DNA from: a virus
Lineage: Duplodnaviria; Caudoviricetes
Direction: 5' to 3' (one strand)
Length of the DNA stretch: 57,837 bases
IMG/VR virus record: IMGVR_UViG_3300022745_000038
Location: 1-57,837 of that record
Shown here: in pieces, positions 45,360-53,920 of the stretch
How the letters are laid out: each line of letters begins with the position of its first letter
Position numbering within the stretch: position 1 is the first letter of the stretch
Program-made: the position numbers and the translations under genes
The notes under the pieces: generated by a model
What the model was told of the DNA's origin: nothing
What the model saw: the letters and a program-made list of their open reading frames with translations, nothing else
Database searches by the model: none

Positions 45360-45721
45360 TTCGCGCTCCTCGATGACAACTCGCCCCGCAGGACGACCAG
45401 CGCCCGCAACGCGGTCGCGAACGCAGCCTGGACATCGGCCGGCGGGGCGGCACCGCTCGCCGCCGCAGCGCGGAACGTGGTCACCGCGCCGTAGTGCTCA
45501 CGCAGCCTGGTCCTGACCCCGGAGGCTTCGGCTGGATCCATGATGCCAGCCCGCTCGAGATCTCGCACGGTGAGCGCGGCCGCCTCGATCATCCCGTAGG
45601 CCCGCACGACCTGGGCCTCCGGGGACTGCGGCATCTCGTCGTTGACGGTGCCGCAGCCCCCGATCGCCAGCCCGGCGAGGACCGCGAAGAACGCCCAGAG
45701 AAGGAATTGACGGGCCCTCAC
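45356..45721 (-). CDS. Lipoprotein
   Basis: Signal peptide with lipobox-like IGGC. Confidence 0.65.
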   Translation of the reverse strand: MRARQFLLWAFFAVLAGLAIGGCGTVNDEMPQSPEAQVVRAYGMIEAAALTVRDLERAGIMDPAEASGVRTRLREHYGAVTTFRAAAASGAAPPADVQAAFATALRALVVLRGELSSRSAK

Positions 45722-45957
45722 TGCTTGGGCTCCGCCTGGGCATCTGGCGTGGGCTGATTGAGCAACGCGGCCTTGATGCCATCGATGGAGGTCGGCAGGG
45801 CTCGCACGAATGCGACGACCAGCGTGGCTGCGATCCAGAACTTGTCACCCATGCTGGTGACCTTCTGGACAATCGCCGAGACGTCCCAGCCGAACAGCGC
45901 TGCGACGGCGGCCACGACGGTGCCGGCGGAGATGAGGAACGCAGTCAATGGGTTCAC
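45718..45957 (-). CDS. Small 2-TM membrane protein (holin candidate)
   Basis: AAGGA RBS + GTG; two hydrophobic helices. Confidence 0.55.
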   Translation of the reverse strand: MNPLTAFLISAGTVVAAVAALFGWDVSAIVQKVTSMGDKFWIAATLVVAFVRALPTSIDGIKAALLNQPTPDAQAEPKQ

Positions 45958-46016
45958 GTTGGTCCTTGAAGTTGCACGGAGCGGCCGAATTGTCCGCCTT
46001 GTCCGCCCTATCAGGC

Positions 46017-46044
46017 AAGAAAAAGGCAGGCCCGAGGGCCCGCC
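46017..46044 (-). terminator. Intrinsic terminator in the leader of the late arm
   Basis: GGCGGGCC-CTC-GGGCCTGCC-type hairpin followed by TTTTTCTT on the minus strand. Confidence 0.7.
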
Positions 46045-46180
46045 GAAACACCAAAGGAGACAACGATGGCCGCGAGGGGCGCGGCCGAGTGAATGGTCTC
46101 ACATATCCGGCCGAGCGGATTCCGCGTCATGTAGTCATTCCCTTACACAATATTCCACGTATGGATGACATACAGACCGT

Positions 46181-46197
46181 TCCGACTTCGGTACAAT
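46181..46197 (+). promoter_or_regulatory. Early promoter motif 1, TCCGAcTtcGGTACAAT
   Basis: -10 TACAAT; CCAACAGGAGA RBS downstream. Confidence 0.6.
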
Positions 46198-46232
46198 TGG
46201 TTCTGCAGTGATCACCAACAGGAGAGACCAAG

Positions 46233-46766
46233 ATGAGCAACACCAAGATTCGATTCCGTGTCTCGATCAGAGACGTCGATGGCACCGGCTATTCGAATTA
46301 CAGAAGCCTCAGCCGCGCGGCCGCGCGGTTCGAAGCACTGGCCGGACATAGCGTCAAGGAGAGCTTCGATTTCATCCAAGGGGAGACTCCATATCCAGCG
46401 CCAGACCAACTCCTCTCCGTGAGGGGCGTGTCGAACTACGGGACGCAGGTGGTGATAAAGGCCCTCGACGAAGAAGGGCGATCGGAGCTGGCACGACTCG
46501 CCGCGCCGAGGCCGAAGAGACCCGTCGATATGTCCGACGCCGAATTGGTCGCGGCCGAGGAAGACCTCGCCGAATCCATCGACTGCGATCAGCGCCTGGG
46601 CGACGGCGAGCCGACCCCGAAGGCGATACTCGACGAGTACAACGCCCTGTGCGACGAGTGCCGCGCCCGCAACATCCCCGGCTTCAAGCCAGCGCCCTTC
46701 GAGTTCCCCACCACGGGGTGCAACCCCACGAACGCCCAGTTCGCCAACTGCGACCTGCCTTTCTGA
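46233..46766 (+). CDS. Early hypothetical protein
   Basis: AGGAG RBS. Confidence 0.65.
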   Translation: MSNTKIRFRVSIRDVDGTGYSNYRSLSRAAARFEALAGHSVKESFDFIQGETPYPAPDQLLSVRGVSNYGTQVVIKALDEEGRSELARLAAPRPKRPVDMSDAELVAAEEDLAESIDCDQRLGDGEPTPKAILDEYNALCDECRARNIPGFKPAPFEFPTTGCNPTNAQFANCDLPF

Positions 46767-46842
46767 CCATCGCCCATGCCGCTGCCAGTCGGCGGCATCA
46801 ACGAGCGCCAGCACCGACGCAGCGCCGACACAGGAGATCGAC

Positions 46843-47043
46843 ATGCGAATCAAACACACACCGCAGCGCACCGAAACCAAGCCTTTCTCCGGCCCAGTTC
46901 ACGACCCGATCCGCGCAGAGCCGAGGGCGCACGGCGGGTGCACTTTGGTCCAGCATTGCAAGTGCGGCGCTTGGCGAGAGATCAACGCGAGCGCTGGGTA
47001 TCGAGAGGTCGGGCGCTGGTTGCCTCCGCAGCCCCGTCCGTAG
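46843..47043 (+). CDS. Early small protein
   Basis: CAGGAG RBS; CKCG. Confidence 0.6.
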   Translation: MRIKHTPQRTETKPFSGPVHDPIRAEPRAHGGCTLVQHCKCGAWREINASAGYREVGRWLPPQPRP

Positions 47044-47065
47044 ACCCGCCGCCACAGGAGTCATC

Positions 47066-47191
47066 ATGTACCGCTACGCAAACTCACCACGGATTCGGTC
47101 CGCCGGGCTCGCTGCCTGCGGGATCGCCCTCGTGGCGGCCGGGATCGCCGGCTCGATCGTCTTCGCAACAATCATCATCATCGGGGGATGA
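47066..47191 (+). CDS. Small membrane peptide
   Basis: CAGGAG RBS; one TM. Confidence 0.5.
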   Translation: MYRYANSPRIRSAGLAACGIALVAAGIAGSIVFATIIIIGG

Positions 47192-47192
47192 A

Positions 47193-47447
47193 ATGAGCAT
47201 CGAAAGCGCATGCATTTTCGGGGTCAGGTCCCCGGTGGCCGGGCTGGTCGCGCGATTCCTGACCGCCACCGACGCCCTGTGCTTCGTGCAGCACGTGAAC
47301 AGCACGTTCCGGATGGGATACGAGTGCTACGTGATCAGCACCGGCACGACATTCACCACCATCTCCGGGGCGTATGCCGACGAGATCGCCGGCAGGTTCG
47401 AGCGAGCCGCGGAAATCGCGGAGGCAGCAAAGCCTGGGGGGGGTTGA
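47193..47447 (+). CDS. Early hypothetical protein
   Basis: Coupled ATG. Confidence 0.5.
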   Translation: MSIESACIFGVRSPVAGLVARFLTATDALCFVQHVNSTFRMGYECYVISTGTTFTTISGAYADEIAGRFERAAEIAEAAKPGGG

Positions 47448-47472
47448 CTAACTAATCCGAATTGGGTACAGT
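47444..47472 (+). promoter_or_regulatory. Sigma70-type promoter TTGACT-N17-TACAGT (motif 2)
   Basis: 17-nt spacing; contains TCCGAaTtgGGTACAGT. Confidence 0.75.
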
Positions 47473-47502
47473 TCCTATGCGTCACCAACACAGGAGAGAG
47501 GC

Positions 47503-47736
47503 ATGAACGTAGCCACCAAGCCCAGCGACACACTCCAGGCGCGTATTTTCGTCAGCGATGGGTCAACCTTCGTCATGGCGCAGTCCGATGAATTCCAGTC
47601 CTCATTCAAGGTCCGCAGCGCGGGAACCGCCGCTCAAGATCTACTTGATGAATCCAACCGACTGGAGTCTCACATTCGACTGTGCGCGAAGCGACTTGCC
47701 CGACTGCGCCTCATCGCAGCAAAACTGGAGGGATGA
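47503..47736 (+). CDS. Early hypothetical protein
   Basis: AGGAGAGAGG RBS. Confidence 0.6.
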   Translation: MNVATKPSDTLQARIFVSDGSTFVMAQSDEFQSSFKVRSAGTAAQDLLDESNRLESHIRLCAKRLARLRLIAAKLEG

Positions 47737-48374
47737 CTATGTGGACCAACCAAGCCCGCAAGATGTACGACCGTCGCGCCGAGTTCAACGCCTCGACCTC
47801 GTCAGACGACCAAGAGCCGCGCCCGAGCGACAACAACCTCGAAGCGTGGGCCGTATTCCTGAAGACCTACCCGGACGTCGCTGACTGGATCTGGAGCAAC
47901 TCGGCGCGGAACGATTTCGCCAAGTCGCTGTACGCGCAGGCGGTGTCGCGCGGCTTTCTGTCGGCCAAGCAAATCGACGCCGTGCGCGCCAACATCTCCC
48001 GAGGGTCAGCAATCCGCCACAGTGGCGGACTCGGACTTCAGAAACTGTTCACCGTCCTGCAGAAGCACTCGAAGTTCTACGCCGATCGGTTGACGATCAC
48101 GCGCAAGAACGGCGACACCCTCTGCTGGGTGCTCTGGGACGAGACATGCGTCGGCAAGATCGAGCGCGGCACCGGGACCCTGTTCGCCAAGCGGGCCGGG
48201 CAGGATCTGCAGGAGATCCGCGCCCTGCTCGAGGAGTTCGAGGAGGACCCGCTGGCCGCAGCGGTGAAGTACGGGAAACTCACCGGCCGTTGTTGCTCAT
48301 GCTCCCGCGAATTGACGGCAGATGGCAGCATCGAGGCAGGCATCGGCCCGATCTGCGCCCAGAAGTTCGGTTGA
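47733..48374 (+). CDS. Protein with a C-terminal DUF6011-like Zn motif
   Basis: GRCCSCSRELT..SIEAGIGPICA; FAKSL..LSAKQI. Confidence 0.75.
   Translation: MTMWTNQARKMYDRRAEFNASTSSDDQEPRPSDNNLEAWAVFLKTYPDVADWIWSNSARNDFAKSLYAQAVSRGFLSAKQIDAVRANISRGSAIRHSGGLGLQKLFTVLQKHSKFYADRLTITRKNGDTLCWVLWDETCVGKIERGTGTLFAKRAGQDLQEIRALLEEFEEDPLAAAVKYGKLTGRCCSCSRELTADGSIEAGIGPICAQKFG
48013..48029. repeat. 17-bp palindrome copy 13, encodes IRHSGG
   Basis: TCCGCCACAGTGGCGGA. Confidence 0.95.
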
Positions 48375-48414
48375 CCGACTGCAAAGCCCCGCTCCGGCGG
48401 GGCAGGAGACCTCC

Positions 48415-48591
48415 ATGACCAGCCCCTACGTCCTCTTCGTCGCCGCCGCCTTGGCCGCCGCCCCCGTCCTCACCATGGAACTGGACGAGAGCACGAACGC
48501 CATCCTGGCAGCGATCTGCCTTGCCTTCGGCTACGGAGGATTCGAGGCGCTCGCTTCGCGTAAGGCAAATTCCTACAACACGAAGTTGTGA
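48415..48591 (+). CDS. Small membrane protein
   Basis: CAGGAG RBS; two hydrophobic segments. Confidence 0.5.
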   Translation: MTSPYVLFVAAALAAAPVLTMELDESTNAILAAICLAFGYGGFEALASRKANSYNTKL

Positions 48592-48610
48592 TACCTGACT
48601 TTTCAACTAT

Positions 48611-48627
48611 TCCGATTCAGGTACAAT
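48611..48627 (+). promoter_or_regulatory. Early promoter motif 3, TCCGAtTcaGGTACAAT
   Basis: -10 TACAAT; CCAACAGGAGA RBS downstream. Confidence 0.6.
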
Positions 48628-48673
48628 TTGTTCTGTGGTTGCAGCGATTCAGAAACACCAACAGGAGAACACC

Positions 48674-48964
48674 ATGTCCGCACTGAAGAAGCCCGCCCCC
48701 GTCTCTGGCTTCGACGTCGATCGCCTCGGCACCCTGCTCGCCAGCATCGCCGATCTCGAGAAGCAGGCCAACGCGATCAAGGGCCGGATCAAGGACCAGG
48801 TCGCCGTGAAGCTCGAGGGCGCGCTGTTCGAGGCGACCGTCGTCCGCTCCGAGCGCCTGACCGTCAACCGCGATGCAGTCGAGGCCATCCTCGGTGACCG
48901 CATGGCCGAAGTCCTGAAGTCGACCGAAGTCGTGGCAGTGAAGGTCGTCTCCCGCAAGGCCTGA
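48674..48964 (+). CDS. Early hypothetical protein
   Basis: AGGAG RBS; VDRLG..IADL..EG.LFEATV. Confidence 0.7.
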   Translation: MSALKKPAPVSGFDVDRLGTLLASIADLEKQANAIKGRIKDQVAVKLEGALFEATVVRSERLTVNRDAVEAILGDRMAEVLKSTEVVAVKVVSRKA

Positions 48965-48974
48965 TCCACACCGG

Positions 48975-48991
48975 TCCGCCACAGTGGCGGA
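48975..48991. repeat. 17-bp palindrome copy 14 (21 bp), intergenic
   Basis: ggTCCGCCACAGTGGCGGAcc. Confidence 0.95.
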
Positions 48992-49016
48992 CCAACCCAC
49001 CAGACTGGAGAGCACC

Positions 49017-49292
49017 ATGGGCTACAAATACTTCAACGATCCCGGCCACGGCTGGGTCAAGGTCCCCGCTGCCGAGATCCTCGGCCTGGGCATCGCCGAC
49101 AAGATCAGCAGCTACTCGTACGTCTCTCCGTCAGGCAAGTTCGCCTACCTCGAAGAGGACCGAGACATGCAGGTCTGGTGGAACGCGAAGCGCGACCGCG
49201 GCGACGAGTGGAGCGTCGACAGCGTCAACAGCAAGGGCCCGTCTTCCATCCGCAACTACCCGCACTACTCGCCTCCGAAGCTGATTGCCTGA
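49017..49292 (+). CDS. Conserved early phage protein
   Basis: DPGHGWVKV..IS.YSY..YLEED.D..IRNY. Confidence 0.75.
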   Translation: MGYKYFNDPGHGWVKVPAAEILGLGIADKISSYSYVSPSGKFAYLEEDRDMQVWWNAKRDRGDEWSVDSVNSKGPSSIRNYPHYSPPKLIA

Positions 49293-49358
49293 TCCATGCC
49301 TACTGCCCGGCGTGCCGCGGCAGTGGGGATTGACCCGGAACCACCACAGGAGATTGCC

Positions 49359-49667
49359 ATGACCCAGAAAACCGCCGCCGAACTGGCCGAGGAATTCAAG
49401 GCCGCCGGCTTCCAGATTCTCAAGACCCAGAAGGTGCGCGCGATCAGCGCCATCGCCCGCGACATCAAGCGGGAGTGGAAGAACGTCTACTTCGGCGCCG
49501 TGCCATACCTCGATGCCATGATGTCGTTGGAAACGATCGCCGACAACTATGGATACGACGACGCGAAGTCGATCATCGCGTACTTCCTGTCCAACGCCAC
49601 CGGCTTCCGCGGCCCGGCCGCGCGCCTCCTCAAGGCCGAACTCAAAACCATCGCGGGGATCAAGTGA
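49359..49667 (+). CDS. Conserved early phage protein
   Basis: IARDIKREW..FGAVPYLDAM..YFLSNA..RG..A...KAELK. Confidence 0.75.
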   Translation: MTQKTAAELAEEFKAAGFQILKTQKVRAISAIARDIKREWKNVYFGAVPYLDAMMSLETIADNYGYDDAKSIIAYFLSNATGFRGPAARLLKAELKTIAGIK

Positions 49668-49903
49668 GCGCCCCCTGGGTCAAGGTCTCGGACAGCCTAC
49701 CGCGTTTCAAGAGGCCGGAATGGAAAAACGGCCCATCGGAAACGGACGAAGTGCTCGTGGCCATGCGAGATGGCTTCTTCAAGATCGCGATCTGCGTGCG
49801 GTGGCCAGAAAGCCCGGCTCTGTGGAAGGAAACTCAGGAACACATGGACATCACCAAAAGCGTCACCCACTGGCAGTACATCACCACTCCGGAGAAGTTA
49901 TGA
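49664..49903 (+). CDS. DUF551-like protein
   Basis: WVKVSDSLP...VTHW. Confidence 0.7.
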   Translation: MSAPWVKVSDSLPRFKRPEWKNGPSETDEVLVAMRDGFFKIAICVRWPESPALWKETQEHMDITKSVTHWQYITTPEKL

Positions 49904-50091
49904 AGACCAAGATCAACAGCGGACGCCTCACCACCATCGACGGGAAGAAATTCGACGTGGAACTGTTCGTCGACGTCCGGGAGTTGATGGCCCGCCTGGC
50001 CATGCGCGCGATCGCGCAAGGGAAAGGTCGAGCCGCCCTCGTGCACGGGGAAGTCGTGGTCACCGTCAACGAAGTGCGAAAGTCCAGTTGA
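49900..50091 (+). CDS. Small hypothetical protein
   Basis: ATGA overlap. Confidence 0.55.
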   Translation: MKTKINSGRLTTIDGKKFDVELFVDVRELMARLAMRAIAQGKGRAALVHGEVVVTVNEVRKSS

Positions 50092-50116
50092 CGTACAGAT
50101 CCGATTGCGGTATAGT
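50088..50116 (+). promoter_or_regulatory. Sigma70-type promoter TTGACG-N17-TATAGT (motif 4)
   Basis: 17-nt spacing; contains TCCGAtTgcGGTATAGT. Confidence 0.8.
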
Positions 50117-50141
50117 AAAACCTCATCAACAGGAGATCGCC

Positions 50142-50577
50142 ATGGAACTGAAACGAGATCGCGACGGACTCGAGGCACTCGACAAGATCGTCCTCGACCC
50201 GCAGCACACGAACAGCGACGGCACTGTCGGCACACTCACCCTGCGGATCACAACCAGCAAGGCCTCGCGCGGCGGCATCGGCACCGCGGCGGTCTGTGTG
50301 CTCTACGTCGGCCCGGGAGAGAACTTCCAGTTCCGATACCCAGCGGACTTCATGGCTCAGGTTGCCGTTGACCGAAACGCCAGAGCGACGAAGAAGAACA
50401 TCATCACCCAACAGTCCGCCGCGATGGCCAACATCGCGGGAGGTTCTCCAGAAGGCCCGCGACTTCTACAAGATCCCGGCGCCGAAGCCGGTGCCGTTCA
50501 CCGGCCAGGACCCACAGGCCATGACCGACAAGGACGTGGCCGACTGGGAAGCCAGCTACCGGGCCTTCGCGGACTGA
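50142..50577 (+). pseudogene. Early gene apparently split by a +1 frameshift at GGG 50438-50440
   Basis: Removing one G gives ..AMANIAEVLQKARDFYK..AFAD*, ending 2 nt before the next ATG. Confidence 0.5.
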
Positions 50578-50579
50578 CC

Positions 50580-50714
50580 ATGCGAGACCTCGTCTCCACC
50601 ATCATCATCATCGCCGCCATGGGGGCGGCTTTTGCCATGGGCTATCGCGCAGGCGCCGGCCCTCAACCAGTGCCGGTGCAGTTGCCGGTCAACACAGGAT
50701 GGGTCGAAGCGTGA
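50580..50714 (+). CDS. Small membrane peptide
   Basis: MRDLVSTIIIIAAMGAAFAMGY. Confidence 0.5.
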   Translation: MRDLVSTIIIIAAMGAAFAMGYRAGAGPQPVPVQLPVNTGWVEA

Positions 50715-50911
50715 AATCAATGGGAGTCACCGAGTTCGCGGCCAAGCTGGGCGTCTCAACGCGCCGGGCTCGCGCACTCTGCCAGCAAGGGCGCGTACGA
50801 GGCGCCCATCAGTCAGGCGGGATCTGGATCATCCCGCCCGATGCCGTGCTGACACCAGGGCGGAGCGGACCTGAGATGCGCATCGCGAGAGCGCGGTCCG
50901 ATCAGCGGTAG
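50711..50911 (+). CDS. Excisionase/MerR-like HTH protein
   Basis: GVTEFAAKLGVSTRRARALCQQGRVRGA...WIIP. Confidence 0.75.
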   Translation: MKSMGVTEFAAKLGVSTRRARALCQQGRVRGAHQSGGIWIIPPDAVLTPGRSGPEMRIARARSDQR

Positions 50912-51212
50912 CGTGGCGACGTGGGGCATTCTCGACCGGAGCGGCCGTCGTCACGATCCACCACAGGACGGCGATCCGCAGCCCCACCTCGAAGGTCGTC
51001 GTCCTGTATCCCCTCGCCGTCTTTTGGCGGTTTTTCAGCAGCGCTTCGATATTCGCGCTCGTGCACCCCACCACTTCTGCGATCGACCCCGCGGTCCAAC
51101 CAGATCCCTTGATCGCGGACACGCAGTCGGACAGCTTTGACCCGGACCAGGCGGCGAATCCTTCCGGGAAGATCACCTTCCCGTCCACCCGACCGAGGCA
51201 AGCCTCAATCAT
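50829..51212 (-). CDS. HTH-containing protein
   Basis: GWTAGSIAEVVGCTSANIEAL; ATGA overlap with the upstream gene. Confidence 0.5.
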   Translation of the reverse strand: MIEACLGRVDGKVIFPEGFAAWSGSKLSDCVSAIKGSGWTAGSIAEVVGCTSANIEALLKNRQKTARGYRTTTFEVGLRIAVLWWIVTTAAPVENAPRRHATADRTALSRCASQVRSALVSARHRAG

Positions 51213-51550
51213 CTGACACTGTCGCAGGTAAGCGGATTGGTCGTAACCAACAGCCACTGGTTCGATACCAGGAAGCTCCAGGTTCTCACGACTCCTCGCA
51301 ACCATAACTCTTCCCTCTCGGTTCTTGATAGGACCGGATACGACCGGCCGTCGACTACGTCGTGACACTTCATGCAGCCGGCAGCGAAAACGTCGTCCGC
51401 CTTCAGGCCAACCCCTTTCCCGATCCACTGCCAATTTCCGTGGCATGGGATCAACCCGCCGGGAACGATGCCCATGCACCCGGGAGCGCGAATGGTGCAA
51501 CTTTGCATTTCATGCGCCAGGTCGAGCATGCGGCGGTTTCGCATATTCAT
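51209..51550 (-). CDS. DUF1364/YbcO-like nin-region nuclease
   Basis: CTIRAPGC..H..GKGVGLKADD..GCMKCHDVVDGR. Confidence 0.8.
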   Translation of the reverse strand: MNMRNRRMLDLAHEMQSCTIRAPGCMGIVPGGLIPCHGNWQWIGKGVGLKADDVFAAGCMKCHDVVDGRSYPVLSRTEREELWLRGVVRTWSFLVSNQWLLVTTNPLTCDSVR

Positions 51551-51954
51551 CCTCCACGCTCCAGCTTCACCCCGCGCTCGACCGCCACGGCGTGCAGAAA
51601 CTCCAGCCACTCGCTGAATTCCTTCTTGGAGAACCGCGATGTGCGCTGGCCGAGCAGGACCATGCCGCCACCGTAGAGCCCTGGCGCAACCCGAGGTTGG
51701 TACGTCTCGGCCCGGAACGCCGCGGTCAGGATGTCTTTCCACTCCTCCGCCGTCAGCGCTTCCTGAGCCCCGTTGACCGGCCAGGACAGTTGCCGCGAGA
51801 ACGCCTCGAGGATTGGCCACTGGGCGGCATTCTGGTCGAGCGTGCGCTTCGGCGGGCCGACTTCCACGACGGAGTCCGCCTCCGCCTCGTCGACAACGAA
51901 GCCAGCGCAGCGCATGCGGATCTCGCGATCACGAAGGACGAACGTGCGCTTCAC
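51547..51954 (-). CDS. ninB: NinB/Orf-family recombination protein
   Basis: RTLDQNA..W, EEWKDILTA, GQRTSRFSKKEFSEWLEFL. Confidence 0.85.
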   Translation of the reverse strand: MKRTFVLRDREIRMRCAGFVVDEAEADSVVEVGPPKRTLDQNAAQWPILEAFSRQLSWPVNGAQEALTAEEWKDILTAAFRAETYQPRVAPGLYGGGMVLLGQRTSRFSKKEFSEWLEFLHAVAVERGVKLERGG

Positions 51955-52349
51955 ATCACCTCCTCGACCTTGATCCCAAGCACGGCACGCATCAGCTTCA
52001 CCTTGAGCCGGTACACTGGCAACTTGCGTGTGGCCACCGACTTCACGTCCTCCACCCGCAGCACGCCAGCGTCGTCCCTGTAGGCGAAGTCGGCCTCGTA
52101 TGTGCAGATCTTCTGCCCGTTGACCTCGATCGCGAACCGCGGCTGATGCTGCAGATTGGTGATCGTGCCAACCTCCTCGGCCATCCTCAGCAGCAGCCAG
52201 CGGCCGTATTCCTTCTTCGAGTCGAACGTCTTCCCGTCCGCTTCGACCTTGTGGTTCCCGTACTTCGAGCGCTTCGGCTCGGGCACTGGCTTGGCCGCGC
52301 GCTCCATGAAAGACTGCAGTTGTTCCTCAGTCCAACGCAGCCCGCTCAT
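51951..52349 (-). CDS. DUF1064 PD-(D/E)xK nuclease
   Basis: SKYGNHK..DG.TFDSKKE, YEADFAY, VEDVK. Confidence 0.85.
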   Translation of the reverse strand: MSGLRWTEEQLQSFMERAAKPVPEPKRSKYGNHKVEADGKTFDSKKEYGRWLLLRMAEEVGTITNLQHQPRFAIEVNGQKICTYEADFAYRDDAGVLRVEDVKSVATRKLPVYRLKVKLMRAVLGIKVEEVM

Positions 52350-52711
52350 GCGATGACCCACGCAGTGACCTGCTTCGCCCTTGCTGCGATCCGCCTCGCG
52401 AGCCCCTCTTCCTCGAGATAGTTCAGGATCCTGACCGCCTCATGCCTGGTTCTGGAAAGCAACGCCGCAACGTCATCTGCGGTGACCTTGGACCGCCGCT
52501 CGCGCAGCGTGCCGACCAGCCCCGCAACGTCTGCAGGACGGTCCCCAAACGAGATCAACGAAGAAGCCTCGGAAATTCGGCGGATCACGTCCATCTGCTG
52601 CTCGACGGTGGCCTGGTCTCGGACGAGATACCCAACGCCATACCGCATGCACTGCGCCACGTTTCCTCTCCGGCCGCCTGCTCGTGTCTGGATGCATTGG
52701 GCAAAGTTCAT
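52346..52711 (-). CDS. Winged-helix-like hypothetical protein
   Basis: VTADDVAALL..AVRILNYLEEEGL. Confidence 0.55.
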   Translation of the reverse strand: MNFAQCIQTRAGGRRGNVAQCMRYGVGYLVRDQATVEQQMDVIRRISEASSLISFGDRPADVAGLVGTLRERRSKVTADDVAALLSRTRHEAVRILNYLEEEGLARRIAARAKQVTAWVIA

Positions 52712-53118
52712 CGGAACCTCCACGCGATTGACAGGATCGCCGTCGTTGGGTTGCCATACAGCGGCGGGACTACGGAGAGCATAGGCTGCACCATGCCGAT
52801 ATCCGCAACCACCGAAACGGCAGGAACGAGAACTGCTCCGTGTTCGTAGCCAGACGCGAGGATCAGAGATCCTCCCGCCCGCACTTGGCCGATTCGCACG
52901 GGCGTCCATCGCCCTGCAACATAGACCGACCCATGCCCAAGAGAGTTCCGCGTAATCGCCACGCCGGCGGCCAAGCGATCGTCGTACTCATGCGCCCACC
53001 CCAGCGTCGGGTGCGCCTCGTGGTGGACGCCGTGAGAGTGACGAGACACCGCCCCGCCAATGATCAAGTCACCAGCCATCGCGTTTCCGGCCAACAGCAT
53101 CAGGAGGGCCCGGATCAT
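52708..53118 (-). CDS. Small outer-membrane beta-barrel-like protein (PagP-like, tentative)
   Basis: Signal peptide; SRH..HE.HP.LG..RNS..SVY..SGY; C-terminal WRF. Confidence 0.55.
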   Translation of the reverse strand: MIRALLMLLAGNAMAGDLIIGGAVSRHSHGVHHEAHPTLGWAHEYDDRLAAGVAITRNSLGHGSVYVAGRWTPVRIGQVRAGGSLILASGYEHGAVLVPAVSVVADIGMVQPMLSVVPPLYGNPTTAILSIAWRFR

Positions 53119-53489
53119 CTCTTCGTCCTCTTGCTGGCCACCACGGCCAACGCGCGCCGCGCGGTCGCCTCGGCATCAGCACGGCGCTTTGTGGCTGCGG
53201 CGTGGTTCTCCGCCACCCACGCCCGCACCCGCTCCGTCAGGTCGATCCCTCCGGCCATGCACTCGATCTCGCGCACCGTGGGTTCTGCCACCCCCACCAC
53301 CTCCGCCACTGTGGCGGATCTCGGATGCTGCCCGGGATCCTCTCGGAACAGTACAACCCGATCTCCGACAATCCGCCGCGTCACCCCGGGGCGTGGGGCG
53401 GCGCCGATGTTCAGGCTGTATGCGTACCGAATATCCGGTATCGGATTTGCTTCGCGCATAGCGATCTCCTTCGATGCATTGTTTCCCAC
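53115..53489 (-). CDS. Hypothetical protein
   Basis: Coupled to the downstream gene; start may be 53459. Confidence 0.5.
   Translation of the reverse strand: MGNNASKEIAMREANPIPDIRYAYSLNIGAAPRPGVTRRIVGDRVVLFREDPGQHPRSATVAEVVGVAEPTVREIECMAGGIDLTERVRAWVAENHAAATKRRADAEATARRALAVVASKRTKR
53302..53318. repeat. 17-bp palindrome copy 15, encodes SATVAE
   Basis: TCCGCCACTGTGGCGGA. Confidence 0.95.
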
Positions 53490-53741
53490 CAGAGGCCCCC
53501 TACCCCAACGCCGGGTCAGGGCGGATGGGTTTGGAGGCTTGGCGCCACCCCCTCGCGGGGCGCTGCATGGGACAGATCTCGTCTGTCACCCCTGGGCGTG
53601 CAGCTACGGCCAGCCCGACGGATTTTTGCGGAATTGCACCGCCGGCCCACCATGGCCGGCCACCGTCTGCCGATTGGACGCAGCCCTTGCGGCTGGGCAT
53701 GTGATCTCACGCGCGTCCCGCGGACACCCCGGAAATGAGAA

Positions 53742-53864
53742 CGCCCCGGTGTACTCAGGTGGGCGGTCTCCTTGACGGGGAGAACGTCTCTGTGCCGGAA
53801 ATGCCGACGCGCGAAGGCAAACAGCACAGTGGCGGTCTTCCGCCCACCTGAGCGCACTGGGGCG
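53742..53864. repeat. Imperfect inverted repeat with 25-bp arms in a long intergenic region
   Basis: CGCCCCGGTGTACTCAGGTGGGCGG ... CCGCCCACCTGAGCGCACTGGGGCG. Confidence 0.8.
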
Positions 53865-53920
53865 CTGCGCGTCTGATTTCTGCACAAACCGCCGGGCGTC
53901 ACCCCGACAGCGACGAAAAT

